Shown here piece by piece: positions 25,761 through 40,833 of a stretch of DNA of 64,000 nucleotides (the first letter of the stretch is position 1; every line of letters begins with the position of its first letter). Under the pieces are notes generated by a model. The model was not told the origin of the DNA, made no database searches, and worked only from the letters and a program-made list of their open reading frames with translations. Location of the stretch: positions 27,968,437 to 28,032,436 of the forward strand of contig NC_092672.1 of NCBI RefSeq assembly GCF_964355755.1. The letters run 5' to 3'. The position numbers and the translations under genes are program-made. The stretch comes from Antedon mediterranea (taxonomy: Eukaryota; Animalia; Echinodermata).

Positions 25761-27917
25761 ATATAATCAGAACACATGTTTTGATTATAGGCCTATGATC
25801 ACCCTTGCATTGTTTAAGTTCCATCCACATATTAATGTTACTTTGTTTCATAGATTATATCTGAAACGTCACTACACAATCTAAAATGACTGGTGAAACA
25901 ATGCAAATTTGGCCTCCGAATCCCAGGTAAAATTGGGACATACTTTAAAAATGTTTTATAGAACGATTTAAACCTAAGTTTTCAGTGACTCATAACAAGT
26001 ATTGTATAAACGTATCTTACTATAGGCTATAGAAATAAAAATCCCATAAAAAATAGTTAAACAACTTTTAAACTACGGGAAGTTCGGAACATAATGGGTA
26101 TAACAGCCTAGGTACTTGGTCTCCTAATTCAAAGCTGAATTTTTTTGTTGTTTATCTTATTTTTCTAACACCTTGTCAGACTATTATTTATCTACAGTTC
26201 ACATAATTAAGGGAAACACTCAGACATGATTAGTACTTCCCATTGATACAATATAAAGGTAGCAATGAGTTATTGGCGTGCAACAGACCAGAACAAATAA
26301 ACGAACAGAGGGAGTGGCGACCAATTGGTGCAATAGCAAAACAATTAGGGCTCCGTTTATTGTTTGTTAAAAGTGTTTCACCGACTGATATTTGGTGAAC
26401 TATTTAAAAGGGTGAGATATCCTACCTAAAGGAAACAATTAAGGTTACAAATAATGTAATGTAAAATGCCTGTTTACAAAATAAAGTTCCTCAGGAACAT
26501 TATCAACTATAACCTATCACATTAGTATGCTTAGAATCACTAATATCACACATTTCGTATACTAAATAGGTTAACTATTCTTCCCTACTGGGTCATATGT
26601 AGAGGCGAGAAAGTGAATAAAAATCACCGATTGTATATCTCAAATGTTTGTAGCTTAGGTGGACTTCCATAAATAGTGGAGGAGGGGGATCACAATTTTC
26701 ACAAATTTTGTATACTGAATAGGTTTACCATCCTTGCCTCCTGGGTCGTGACTAGGGAGGGGAGAAAGGGACTACAATGCTCTTACTATATCTCAAATGT
26801 ACGTAGCTTAGGTGAACTTTCAGAAGTAGTGGAGGAGGAGAACCATGGACACCTACTGTAGCATATGAGCCTGATGAAATGTTGCTTGCCTCGCTTATAT
26901 AGACGCTGTACTAGTGGAGCCTGGGGATCCAAAAAATCAAAAATCAGGATGACACTTTCCTGTGAAACAAATGAACCGAAATATATGGTTTAGCTCCATG
27001 TCAAACCCCTGAGGGGACACCTATGTTAAGGGTCCTGGGTCCTAATGGTATCCCCTTAATAGAAGCTTTGACTGTAATTAATTTCATATTTTAGAGGTAA
27101 CATCTCACATGGCCTTAATTCCTCTGAACTTCGGCTGGTACTGCATAATTGAATTGTATGGTTTTGTTAGAGTGTCTTCATTGAGCCAGAGGATGTGGCC
27201 AAACAGTCGCCATCTAGCTTCCATGATTGTAAAAGAAATCAGTCACTATCAGACTTACTACTATTGTAGGCCTACTTGTAGTAGAATATACACACCTTGT
27301 TGAGTAGTATGCAGTTTATTTAAAAGGTTTCCATCACAAAGCATTACATTGTCTTTTATGGTTGTCTTGTATAAATATGCATAGTTCCAAATCAACAAAC
27401 ACAATGTAAACAGCCATCCAGAAAAATGTCAACTTATGATACAAAAAAATCGGAAACAGTCCACACAATGAAAACTACTATTTCACATACTCACTTAAAA
27501 AACAAGCCATTTAACCTCTTTTCTGCTGTCAATAAATTGGGGTATGTTGACTTTTAACATATTCAATCAGATATTAATATGTGGGTGGTTATGTGGGCAA
27601 CAATATCTAATCTATTTTTGTCACCTTTAATTGTTGACACTAACCTTTTAACCCATATTGATTAAAATACTGCAAACTAGCAAATGTAAATATTAACAAA
27701 ATCACAAACCATTGTTCTTTTGTATGACAAAATAAGATTTAATTGTATTTATCATATGATGAATATAAAATATGAATGTGATTGTGTGTCCTATGACTGT
27801 CATTCAAAATGGTGAGACAGTTCTTATGGTTTAGTGAATTTTCTAATTTAGTTTTTGACAAGGAACAATACTAAAATATTAAATAATTTAATTGTATAAA
27901 TACGTAGGCTTATACAT

Positions 27918-28150
27918 TGAGTGGCCAAGCGGTTAAGACAGTGGAACCTTAATCCATAGCCATAACATCAACAAGGGTTCGAGGCTCACTCGTTCTGGAT
28001 GGTTCTGGTGGTAGAACAAGTCTTCTCGGACAAGTACTATAAACCGTAGATCCAGTGTATGCATATTGCTTGTGTGCACCTACCTAGTACATCTTTCGAT
28101 ACGAGTAGGGGGTTACCCCGGTGTACTAGTTCACACACACTGCCGTGGAC
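27918..28150 (+). mobile_element. tRNA-derived SINE with Deu-domain-like core (further fragment at ~23285-23390)
   Basis: A-box-like GTGGCCAAGCGG, B-box-like GGTTCGAGGC, then ACTATAAACCGTAGATCC...TTTCGATACGAGTAGGGGGTTACCCCGGTGTACTAG, resembling the DeuSINE core as I recall it. Confidence 0.6.
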
Positions 28151-30592
28151 AGACAAAATGGTGCCGTAGTTGGCTAACAATGACACGATGTGACAGTTAG
28201 GGTAGAAGAATGTTGTTGAAAAGGTGTAACATCTAAAGTCCACAGCACTCTGATCTTCATGAAATAGTGGAGGGGGGGGGGGGGAAGAGATGACATGGCA
28301 AGATAACTTTTAAATATACAATTTATTGATGTTTAGTTTTAAAGTTACTCAAGAAACGATTTGGTGAACACTATCTATAAAAAGTGATTCAAATACCACT
28401 CCCTCCTGTTGCCTAATAAACCATTTGCATGTTTATATTTCAGATAGTATTAATCTTTACACCAAGCCATGGCAAAATATTGAACAAAAAGAGCATTTCT
28501 ATATTGAAAAATAGAATAGAATAGTGAAAGGAATAAGGAGGAATAGACATTACAAAGAGAAAAATTTGTACATGGTATCGGTTAAAGATTCCAAAACCAT
28601 GACATCATCTTTAAACTGTCTTTTCACTCCCTCAATCTGTAGCCAATGACTACATATTTACACACCAGCAGGGAACATAGAGCTAACCTATTATTTCCCA
28701 ACAAGTTATAAGTTCGCGAAACTTAAATTTTACCATGTATCAGAGCTCCTTCATCATTACTGTACAAAAATAATATGAAAAACATTGCAATATAGTAAAA
28801 CCCTTATTAAGGGGACACCTTTGGGACCAAACAAATTAATCCCTAAATAGTGTACCCTGATTAGGGAGATACCTCTAGTGTTATATAATATTGCTCATCA
28901 CATGTTACAGGGAAAAGTGCTCTCTTATTTTAGTAGTGCTCTCTTATTTTAGTAGTGTCCTTTTATTATAGAGACGTCCCTGAATAGGGGGTGTCCCAAA
29001 AAATAAATAAAATATGTCATTTCATTAATTTAAAATGCATCATATTGAATACAATATATATATATATACTGTATATAAAATGTTATTGTCAAGTCACGTT
29101 AATTTTTTTCCAAATAAATTAAAATCAAATTAAATAAGGAAATTTACCAAGTTTAAACATTTCGGTACTTAAAATATCCTGGGTAGAATTCTAGGTCGTT
29201 AAGAGGTTAGCTTCCTTGTCAGCATGGAGGTTGCCTAGAACTGTGTAAAAGCTAACGATATGAGTCATCATATATTATGCCAGACCCAATATAAACCCAA
29301 ATTCGATATTGGGTTTCATATTTTGTATGCCCTATGGAAAAGGGATGTTTTACTGGCTAAAACCGTACATGGATTCAAAGCAAAACGCACATACAGGCAA
29401 CATTTTGACCTAATTTTTTTTTTAAATATGGGTTTAAAAAACAATGGTCACAAATATTTAAATAAAATAAACCTTATGAACCTGTGAAGATATGGGTTAT
29501 GAATACAACAATAGGGACGTTCGATTTGCATTCACTATGGAATCATTCTCAAGATTTGCACATAAATATGCAAGTCCGCTGGCATGTAAACTGCCAAATT
29601 TGAGAAAATGAATGCATTTTGAAGTTCGCTCTCCCTGTTTTAACAGAGTACGAGTAGATGAATGACGTCATAACAAAGGTCATGGCAGAAAATGATTTCA
29701 CTTATAAAAAGACCAAATAAACAGTGAGTTTAGAAAAAAAGTTATTGTCTGACAAATAATTTGACTATTTTTGCATTAAATTTAGTTTTTTCAGGCAAAT
29801 AATTTTGTTGCCGAACTAAATTTGTGTCAAAGTATTATGTGACATTAAAATGACATTACGGTACTCAAAAAAAAAAAAAAAATTTTCCAGGGGGATAATA
29901 CATCTTTAAAGGAAAGTAGATACATGGATAGAATCATTTTTTAGAATTTATATAAATTTTTACTTATTTATGGTATTTCAAAATTGCTTCAAAAAAATAA
30001 AATAGGTTAATTTAATAGATGCTTAAAATTGGGGGACAAAAACCTTTCAGCATTATTGTAATATCATATAGCCATTTTCTTTATTAAAGGTCAAACGGCG
30101 TGTGTGTGACGTATAATGACATAGCCTCTACGTCTGCTGCCACCCATGTCTTGGACTGGTGCATCTCGTTATTAACCGCAATCCTTATCAAATTTCTCTT
30201 CAACTGAATCAGACCTACTGCTGAGTTCTAGAGTTTTTTTTTGCGACTCTATACTGCTTCAAGTGATCACGGTATTAGCGTAACAATTTTGGGTGTAGAG
30301 TTCACTTTGAGAAACATGCAATGGTTTTGAATGAAGTGAATCATGGTTTCGAGGCGTTACAAAGTGGTTCACAAAAGTTAAAAATAATTATTATATCATT
30401 TAGTTTGTACTGTGACGGTACTGCACTGTATGAAATAAACTACACATAAAATCTAAACTTTTCTATTTTTTTTTCAAAAGAATTCAAAGAAGGAAGAAAT
30501 CATGGCAACATTTTATTTATCAGATCTTTTATTTTCAAAGATTTATGAAATTGATTGACCGATAATGCCCAATTGTCTCCATACTTTTAAAC

Positions 30593-30763
30593 GCAGGTCC
30601 CCATACTCCCCATACATCCGGCAGGTCCCCATACATCCGGCAGGTCCCCATACATCCGGCAGGTCCCCATACATCCGGCAGGTCCCCATACATCCGGCAG
30701 GTCCCCATACATCCGGCAGGTCCCCATACCTCAGACAGGTCCCCATACCTCAGACAGGTCCCA
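30593..30763. repeat. 19-bp minisatellite (GCAGGTCCCCATACATCCG)n, ~9 units
   Basis: Direct reading of tandem units. Confidence 0.95.
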
Positions 30764-31199
30764 CTTCAGGCATGTCTAATGTTTTTAAAATGATATATGT
30801 ACATTTGCCCAAATACCCTAATACATGTAACACAAATGTTATTATGAGTAAAAAACAGGGCATAGAACCAATCTTTGTTTATAAAGAAGAACATGGTTAT
30901 TTCCAGTTTTTCTTTCTCTTCCTTGAAACAGGCTCCAATATCCCTTCCTTTAATATGCCAATGCATTGTATATTATATCCAAACAATGTTCACAATCTTT
31001 AAAACATACAATGACAATTTACACAAGATAATAAATAAACCCAAACATCAGGGTCATGTCAACTTAGAACAGGGTCATCAAATTTAGTAAACATTACAGT
31101 GTAAATTAGATGAAAATTAAAGAGATGACTTTAAAATGAAAGCAGACTACAGGAATAAAATTAATTAGGTTTTGTTTTGCAAACCTTAAATTCATTTAA

Positions 31200-31825
31200 A
31201 GCCCCATTCCCTACGTTTTTTAGATCTAATTTAAGATCACAAACTATATTTAATGTAAAAATAATACTATATGGTCCTATTGCGATAACTTTTTTCGTCT
31301 TTAAACGGTTAAAAATGTGAAAAATAAATCGATTCTAATAATTATAGCGGCCCGCTATAAATCCCAAAATGCATTGCGCGCGGATTGATATTTTTGTTTT
31401 TCACCTGTAATTCGCCCACTTTTCGATCGATCGTGAAGCCAAAACAAATGGAAGACTCCTAACTTTTCAGCGAAAATACCGGGTTTTCCCCAATTTGTAT
31501 CAACAGAGACTGGCAAAAATAGAAAGACAATTAATGCAGCAACTATACAACGTCAGGCTAGGTATATAGCTAGCGTACGATGTTCGTACGTTATCGATGT
31601 TTACCAGCTAGGCCTACAAAACTAAGCCTAGCTAGGCTAGGCCTAAGACCGTCCACGAGAGGTCGATCGCCGCGAGCTACTTAGGTAGTGCATTGTTTCT
31701 CACTTTTTATCATAATTTACCATAAAACGTACATTTAAGACAAGGAATGACATGGTTTAATGTTTTTAAAGTGATATATATGTATTATTTTCCAAAAAAC
31801 GTCCAAAATTGCAGGGAAGGGGTCT
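31200..31825. mobile_element. MITE with AG...CT ends and TTAA TSD (Kolobok-like)
   Basis: TTAA|AGCCCCATTCCCTAC...GCAGGGAAGGGGTCT|TTAA. Confidence 0.7.
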
Positions 31826-34800
31826 TTAAATATGAAGATACATTTTTAGCACATCATCACAAATTATTTGAAATTAAAATGTTTTTGTTTATGAATGATG
31901 GTGCGCTAATATTTGACTAGAATAAACAAAGATGCAATTCATTTGTAATTTATTTTATCAATTAAAATTTTTTAATACACAATCTTTGAAATTAAAATGT
32001 TTTCTGCTTTCAATTTCTTGAATGGTGGTGTAATATTGGATGGGAAAATTAAAGACACAATTAGGTTCATTTGTATGTTATTTCTTTAAACAATAAAATG
32101 TATTTGTTACAGATAGAGAAAATAAAATTGGTAAATATTGTAATTGTAATACTAAAAGGAGACCGATGTGTACATCACTATTCGTTCATTCATAATATTC
32201 CTTTCTGACGGCCTTTGACTGCAATGATGATCCCCATGTAAAGACGTAAAACACTAGCTACTAAACTCAAAGCTGACTCCAAATAAAATATAAACTTCGA
32301 AGGAATAAGCAGTGCTGCCGAAGAAAAGTCAGAAGACCATGCAGCAGCATAGCAATATCATATAGTAATCGTTTGAAATATTTGACGAGACTAGGCCGCG
32401 ACCAGATTTAGGTCATGTGTAACCACAAGGCAACTGCTTTTACAGAGCGGTAGTGTTTTCATGTTGTGCAATTAAACTGTTACTTCACTAGCATAAAACA
32501 GCAGTGTACAAGGTAAAACTAAGTGAAAACATCACTTTACAAATATCTCGACACATGGTATAAAGGGCACATGTTATCAGAGGGGCCTTCGAGGACCCCT
32601 GACCGAGCGAGTTATGATTTGGAATTGGCTGAATGTAAGAAGGTCGTCCCAAGTGTTACCACAAAATGGTCATGTTTCATTTGCAGACGTTCTGAACTAC
32701 TTTATTCAAATTATAAAGGTAGAAACTCCTGCATGGTACACACTTGGTTAAAAAAAAATGTTTGAACCGGACTACATTTTGTAACTGTACTCAAATGCAA
32801 TTACATTTTAAGTGGTGCAGATCAGTATTTTTTTTGTCTTTAACTTTTATTTTACTTACTGTATTATGGACGCACCTTCATTCAAGATGTGTGCCACTGT
32901 TTTAAAGTATTACTTTTGTTAATGTTAATTTTTTATATCTTGTACATAATTTATTATTATTATTATTAATTTATTTATATAGCACTTTTCCGAATTAGTG
33001 TAAAATGATCAAAGCGCTTTACATCAGCAGACCCAACAATGAGTTACTTCTTAGGAAATAGATGTGTTTTGAGGGCTTTTTTATATTTTAAAACCGTGGT
33101 TTGTTCCCAGATCACAGACTGGAGTTCATCCACATCACCAGTCCAAATTTTGAGAAAGTATTGTTTCCTTGTACTCTAAATAGGTCTATTAAATTTTTTT
33201 CCTAACTTTTATTTTACTTACTCTGGATGCACCTTCACTCAAGAAGTGTCCCAACTGTTTCAAAAGTGTAGCTTTCAAATAAATTATTATTATTATTATT
33301 ATTATAAGGGTACAAGGATGTAAACAAAACCTTCTTAATCAATAACTAACTGAAGTTGCTTTAAAAAAGGAACACTTTGAAGGAGAGTAATTATAAATTA
33401 ATGAAATAGAAATTTTCAGAAGTCACCAAATAATTTTTTCAAAAATCTTCCTTCAGAATAATTATATAGAATGTTTACTGAACGTTTTCAATTGTGGCTA
33501 CAATCTCAACATCCAAAAAATATTTTAAGAGGTTACACCCAAGATGGCACAGCTCACAGATGATAAAAAAAGTCTTGGGAGGATTGTTAAAGATCGTTGA
33601 TACTTTTTTAATTATTTCTTCCCTTATATTGGTTTATCCAGTTAAGCTATATAAAAAAGACTTTTTACCTACCGTAGTTTAAAGAAAATTTAGTTTTATA
33701 AAACACAACTTGTAAAGTAAAAAGTACAAAAATATTGCAGGTTACTGTGCGAGACATGTACTTTAAATTATCTTTGTGTTTCTGGAATTTTATTAATGTT
33801 ATATATAATAAAATGATACAGTACTAATTCTAACAATTATCTCCATTTATAAGACCTATTAGTAGCCCTTTACCGTGACATTCTACAATTTCACTAACCT
33901 AGACCGTTAGGAATTAGTCAGCATGACTGCCTACCGAGTCCTCCGGATCACGTTACTCAACGAGAAACTCGCTCCGATATTTTAACATGGGCGGAATGCA
34001 TTCCAATTCATTTATTTACTCCCTATTGTTACAAGGTAGTATATCTAAATCCACTATCATGTTCTTTTAAATGATAGATGTTTGTTATTAATGTGAAAGA
34101 TCGTGAAAAAGATCTCTTAGAATGTTGTTAAAACGACTGTGCGAGGTGATCCTGTCTGTCAAAGGTCACACGAAGACGGAAATGTTTCTTATCCACAGAG
34201 AATTACTGACTTTTCATCTTTTTTAGGAGTTGTGGATAAGTTTAGTTTAGTGAAAAAACTGTTGCTAGACAATAATGTTAACAATTCATAATATTATACT
34301 TTAGTTTTAATTGAAAAATATTCAATTATTAATCAACAGTTTATGCTCAACAGCACGATAATAATAATACAATAAATAATACAATAATAACCTAATATAA
34401 TTAAAGATGAACCGTTGCCTCTGCTTTAAAAGTTGAATAAAAAACTTGCCAATACAATAAATTGAGTTGATCAAAAATTAGATAACTTTAACCTAAATGA
34501 ATATTCATTTTAGACAGTTCATAACCAATCAAAAAACAAATAAAAAAGCATGTTTTTACAGTTAATTCAATTTGTATTGATTAATTAGCCTCAATTATGT
34601 TAATAGGAATCTATCTCATTGATCTACAATTACTATTATTACAGTGTACATAGTCTTTCTCTAATTAAGTCCTCATTACTGAAATACCAAGTGTCCCTGA
34701 AATAGGCAGAGATAAAATGTTTGAAATTGTAGCTAAAGTCTCTTTACAACTATTACAGCTAGGTAATTGGGCTAGAAAAAAAAAACCAATCAGGCTATAC

Positions 34801-37800
34801 TGTAGTATCAGAAGATTATGAACGTAGGTAAAACTAATATCCGATTCTAACATTCAGAAAAAGAAAGTTGCATATTAAAATTAAGTCGATAAAAAAGTCT
34901 AAAAGACAATTGATGATGTTGGCTATTATTTAATATCAGAAGAGCTTTCAGTGACAGGAAAAGCAGAATAACAGAAGAAAGTAAGCTAATGCCAAAATAA
35001 GCAGACTACTAATTACAAGAAGAAACTAGAAATCACGAATAAAAGTGGAAAGTGGTGAAATTATCAGAAGAAAGTGAATTATATATCATAAAAATAAAGT
35101 AGGTCTACAGTACAGTACTTTAATTAACATCGCAAGCAATTGGGCTATATTACTGACATCACAAGAAAAGGTAGTAACATCATCAGAAAAACTCAGAAGA
35201 AACTACAATCAGATGAAATCAGATGACTTCAGAAAACACCAGAAGAATTTGAAGAGAGTGGACTTATAAAATCACAATAGAGTTTTCAAACATCCGAAAA
35301 ACTCAAAAGTAGGCTACAATCAGAAGAAGAGTTGGCTATATTACATTCAGATGAATTCAGAAAGATGGCTTCCAACACCAGAAGAACTCAGAAGAGAGTG
35401 GGCTTCAAACAGCACAATAAAGTGCTTAAACATAAAAAAAACTCTGAAGTATGCCACGAAAATCAGAAGACTAATATACATCACAGTGTCCTAACACTAG
35501 AAGAACTTAGAAGAAAGTGAGCTACTGTACCAACCAAGGGGCGCATTTACAATTTCCACACCCTCCTAGATAGCAACCAGGCTACACCTCTACAACCTAC
35601 TGTAGTCATTTTTAGTGAAGAATAGAAGAGAAATCTCAAGAACCAAAACTTAACTAAATTTTAATGTACACTAGAGTACTGTAAGTAACCCAAATCAATT
35701 ACATATACGGTAATAAAGAAAATTAATATTACAGAAAGCATTCCAAGACCAAAAAACAAATTACACTGAAATTTAATTACTCCTTTTTATAGAATTAAAA
35801 TATAGACTATTGAATTTAGTTAAATAAAAAAAAATGTCTGTGTTGTTAAGCTTTAAAAGCCTGAGGATGTTATGATAGCTTGAGGGCCATATGAATCCAA
35901 ACAATCAACAATACAGCACAATGTTTATCACTAAAAAAAGACAACTGAGACACCCCTTTGATCTAGGATTACCCTTGTGGTTTCAAAATAAACCTCCAGA
36001 AAAAAGGCCAGGGAAGTGAAAAATTCAAACAAACCAGTGTAAGGTGATTCTATTCATATAATATTGCTACTTGTAGGTCAGATTAAAGGCAATCCAATTC
36101 GCACAAAGAATAAAAACTTGAAAGAAATGAACACTGATACTGAGTAGGCCACATGGACCCGTTTCTTTTGAGCAGGGAGGACAGGTTAAAACAGTATTTT
36201 CTTGCCAAAAGAAATTGGTTCAGATAAACAAACAGTTTTAAAGATCAAATTAAACCGGTTTAACCAGGGAAAGTTTCATTAATTTTAATGCAGGCTGATC
36301 TTTTAAGAAACAGGTTGAAGAACATTCAATTTGGTCCTACTTTGTGGAGAAACCATTGTTCAGGAAAAAAATGATGGGTAAGCTAAGCATTTCTTGAAGA
36401 AACTCATCTGAACTGGCTAGTAAGGCTTACTTCCAGACCAAAAGTCATATATATATATACACAATACTGTGACTACTGTATAACTGGGGATATGGCGGTT
36501 TGTGAAATCGGACATGAAGTAGGAGGTGGGATTAGATACAAAGTTGGATTATACTTTAAGATACAAAAAAATATATATATTAGACGTGATTCGTATAGTA
36601 CTAGATAGAACAGTTTCAGAAATGTGTTTAGTCAAAATGAAACCCAATTTCTTGCAATGTCCCTGTTACCATGCTCTAATTTTCTTTCGAAAAAGCCTTG
36701 TTGCAACAATTGACCAAGGACAATGTACTTCATATTGGAACCCCACTTCCTCTCCAACAAAATAAATTATTTCAATTGCTTAGGGTGGGCGTTTGAACAC
36801 CATTAAAGTCTGTATATCTCATATGATGGATAAAATGTCTATTTTCCTATTTTATATGGTGGCACAATGCATAGTTAAAATTAGTTAAAACGTTGAGAAA
36901 AATGAAACCTTGCGTCAATTTGTGGTTGCTAAAAAAGAAAATTGATTACTCAATATAGCTTAAATATTAAGTACAAGAAATCTCCCCTTTCTTTGGGACT
37001 CTAATAAGGGAAACTTTCCAATGAAATAAACAGGGTTAATAGGCGACATATTTTTGGGTCCCAAAGTGTCCCCTTAATAGGCCTTAATTATACTTTAAGA
37101 ATTTGGGCTTTCGGTAGAAACATCTATAAATTGAAAAACATTAAATTTAAATACCAAGAAACAAGCATCTAATCTCTCAATAAACGAATTAATAGTAATA
37201 AAAATATATATTAAATCAATTAAACTTTTTAGAAGAAATATGAAAATGCAATGTTTATCAAAGTATCAGTCAGAGGACTGATAATTATTTGCGCAATCTT
37301 TAGTTTTTTAGTATTTTATATTGGTTTGTTTTCATTTTTTTTGTTGTTTCTTTTTGTTTGTTTTTTATTTGGGGTCATTATGAGACAAGTATTTTTACTT
37401 CTAATCTTGATCCCCTATTTATGGTCTTTTGTTTATCATTAATTGATTATAGTGTATGTATTTTGTTTACATATGTATTGTTATACATTAATGTATTAAT
37501 TTGACCATATTTACAAATAAATATATTGAAAGCATATTTTAATTTTCAAGAATCCATTTTTGTTTTAAACTTGCAACCAGAATTTCCAACAAAATTATTC
37601 AGTAAGGGGAGTCTGTATCAAGAATTTTGATTACAGGTCATATAAATATAAAAATCATTAATTGGATGGAGAATCATATTTGTAATTGATGAAGGTTGTG
37701 TTAAGTTCACTTGTTCTGGTACTGTGTTGGTATTCATTTTAGAGATACTTGAACCAGTGGGTGGTACTGCATAATGAGGGAGAGTGACCCAGATCTTCCT

Positions 37801-38649
37801 AAACAGATAAGCAAATACAAATGCATACAGACTAATATAATTATGTAATACTCTGGATGGCTTTGAAAAGGAATGAAAAAAACTATGTTATAATATTTTA
37901 CATTATATATGAGAAATATTTTGCTCTTGGGTATTTTTTTTAAATATTTTCTGAATAAACCCAGTTGATCATACAGGTATACATGTATAAAGGAATACTA
38001 TATTAATCTTCCTATCATCAAAGATATATTTATGAATTCCCACAAAACAATATCAAAATGTGTCTAAAGAAAGGCTCTATTGTGATCTTATATGGTGGCA
38101 ACACTTTCAGGTCATGTAGCTATACCCTGAAATACTTGAATAGTAATTTATCATTTTTCTCTCTTTCCTTTTGTTTGCACATACTGTATTTTCACAGGTC
38201 CCTGGATATCGCAATCATTCATATTTAAATACAATAAATATAATCAAGACTATATTTTCCCACAGTAAACTATAAACCTTTGAATTGAATTTTCCAAAGA
38301 AAAACATCTACTTCATATTAATTGACTGCAAGTTTTGGTTGGGTGACTTTATTAATTTATCATTTACACATACTGTACACCATAATTATTATGCATATCA
38401 TACAATTATTTCATACTATCATGCAGGAAGGAAAATTGCCTGCAAGCAAGATTTTATATTCTACTTTATAGAAAAAAGTAATACAGTCAACTGGAAACTT
38501 TCCCAAAATCAGACTTTTCTTGAGGTCCAAAATGTCCCAAATTCATTTTTACCATAGAAAAACATTCCGAATACCAGACATATTAAGCCGTCCAAAGGTG
38601 TCCGGCATTGGAAAAATTGATTGTATACAGAATAATAACTAATAATGTA

Positions 38650-38753
38650 AGCATCTGGAAGATCAGAGAACATGAGCATCCGGAAGATCAGAAACATGAG
38701 CATCTGGAAGATCAGAGAACAGGAGCATCTGGAAGATCAGAGAACAGGAGCAT
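38650..38753. repeat. ~25-bp minisatellite (GCATCTGGAAGATCAGAGAACATGA), 4 units
   Basis: Direct reading. Confidence 0.9.
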
Positions 38754-40833
38754 CAAAGAATCTAGTGAGTCGACATTCACGATAACCAAACGACACAAAA
38801 TAACAATTTCTATTTTTGCGCAAACGTAACATGATTTAGATAGATTTCTCATAAAATCATCTGTTTATATCTGAAAGGTGCAAATGTACCCCAGTTACAA
38901 ATGTCAGTGTGAACTTCTGTCTCTGACTCCAAGCTAAATCCAGATAAGATAACTATTACAAACATGTTAAAGAAAGAGTAAAAAACTGCTTTATCTGGGA
39001 ACATTCCCAGTCATAACAACCTACAAAACAACCAAATACATAATTATGAATTGTAATGTGACATTTGATTTTTGTGGATTCATGAGTACAGTTATTAAAA
39101 GAGCATGGGAATTAAATCATAGGAAATTAATACCATTTCACTAATTGAGTGAATAATTGTTATTTATTATACAACATGACGCCATGATCAAATGTAAAAT
39201 AATTGATATTGATGTGGGTAATAATTCATGTACCATACAACCATCAACAAGCTGAAACCCTTGTTAAAAATCTCTAATTTCCGAACAGTAATTTGTACCA
39301 TGAACCAAAGCACTGTGATCCAGTCCTCCAGATTTTCAGCCAATCTCCCAAATAATAAACAAAATCTCCAGAATCCTTAGAATCTCTAGATATTACTACG
39401 TATACTACTTTAAAAAAAAAGAGATTGAAAACAAGATCTTTCTTTTTTTAAATCCTTCTTTTTTTAAATCCTTCTTTCTAGATATTTCTACTTTAATAAT
39501 TTAAATGAGAGATTAAATGAGAGATTGAAAGTGATATCGTTCTGTTTACTCTTGGATGACAAATGCTTGTTTTGTAGAATTTATAGATATTTCTACTTTA
39601 CTACCGTACTTTAAATTCATTTTATTTAATTATTTATTTCGTCTATTTCAGTATATACATAACAAACAAAAAACTGAAATTGAGAGATTGAAGAAGACAT
39701 CTTTCTTTTTACACACTAAATTCAACTAAAGATTGGAGAAAATCATCGGAGAAAAATATTTCTACTTTACTACTATAAGTGACATTGAAGCTATTCTGTT
39801 CAAACTTTACATTGACTAAAGATTGGAGAACGAATCCTTGTGTTGTAGGATTCCTAGATAGTTCTACTTTAAATGAGCAAGATTTAATTTTACACTTTGC
39901 ATTGACTAAAGATTGGAGAAGGAATCCTTCTGTTTTAAGATTTCTTCATCTATGAACTGAGTAGATAAGATAGATGCTACTTTAGGGTGTTATCAGTTGA
40001 CATAGTTTAAATACCAAACCTGTAATCACAGCACCTGCCCCAGTAAGTAAAGTCTTGACCAGGGGAAGAATATTGCTATGGCAACAAAGCAGACGTAATC
40101 GAGACTCGGTTCAAATAGAGGCTCTGCTAGGTTTCTGGCCAATGAAAATAACTTCAGGGACAAACCCGTACGATTTTGAATTTTATAGGTCGGAGTTAAG
40201 AAAATGACCGAGTTGAGTGTTAGATGACCTATGTATCAGGTGATCAATGGGTTTGAGTTACAGAATGACCAATGGCAACTGTTAAAAATTACCTTATCAG
40301 GTCACAGGCCGGCCATTCTAAGAATTGTGTGCAAGCAACTTGGTGTGGTCATCTAGGCTGGGGTTAGGTTGTTTCTGATTAGGGTGTGAAAACATATTTT
40401 TGGGAACTACTTTATTGATCAAACTATCATTGGGTTAAATGTATAAATAAAGGAATTTCTAAGGCCAGTTATATAACAGCTAATGTAGAAAGCGCCAGCT
40501 AATGTACTTAATAAGTGTTTAACTATTATTAAAACAGACTTAAAATAATGTATGACAACACAGACATAATAAATTAAGGAAACCGTAATTTCCTTAATAA
40601 GCTAATTAATTATAAAACCCAGTCAAAATAAGAATAACAATGGTTTTGGTCATCATTATAACAATATTAGGAGTCTTTTTCAACAAGCGATGCGGCAGTG
40701 TGTGATGCACAAATCAGAAACCCCTGGGTTACCTCCCTCCTATGGATAGTTTTTAACAGTATTTTAACATTTTAATAGTATTTTAACATTGCAATTTGAT
40801 GTATTTTTGCTTTGTTGTTTTATTGTCTTTTAA

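Noticed and set aside
30543-31002. Repetitive ORFs and CRISPR-like periodicity
   Set aside because: Plain 19-bp minisatellite without unique spacers; eukaryotic context, no cas genes
34900-35520. AGAAGA-rich region with Lys/Arg-rich ORF
   Set aside because: Degenerate low-complexity repeat, no coding signal
37610-37800. Possible extra exon in intron 1 after TTATCTGTTTAG
   Set aside because: Phase-0 reading hits a stop quickly; the open frame has the wrong phase and no donor
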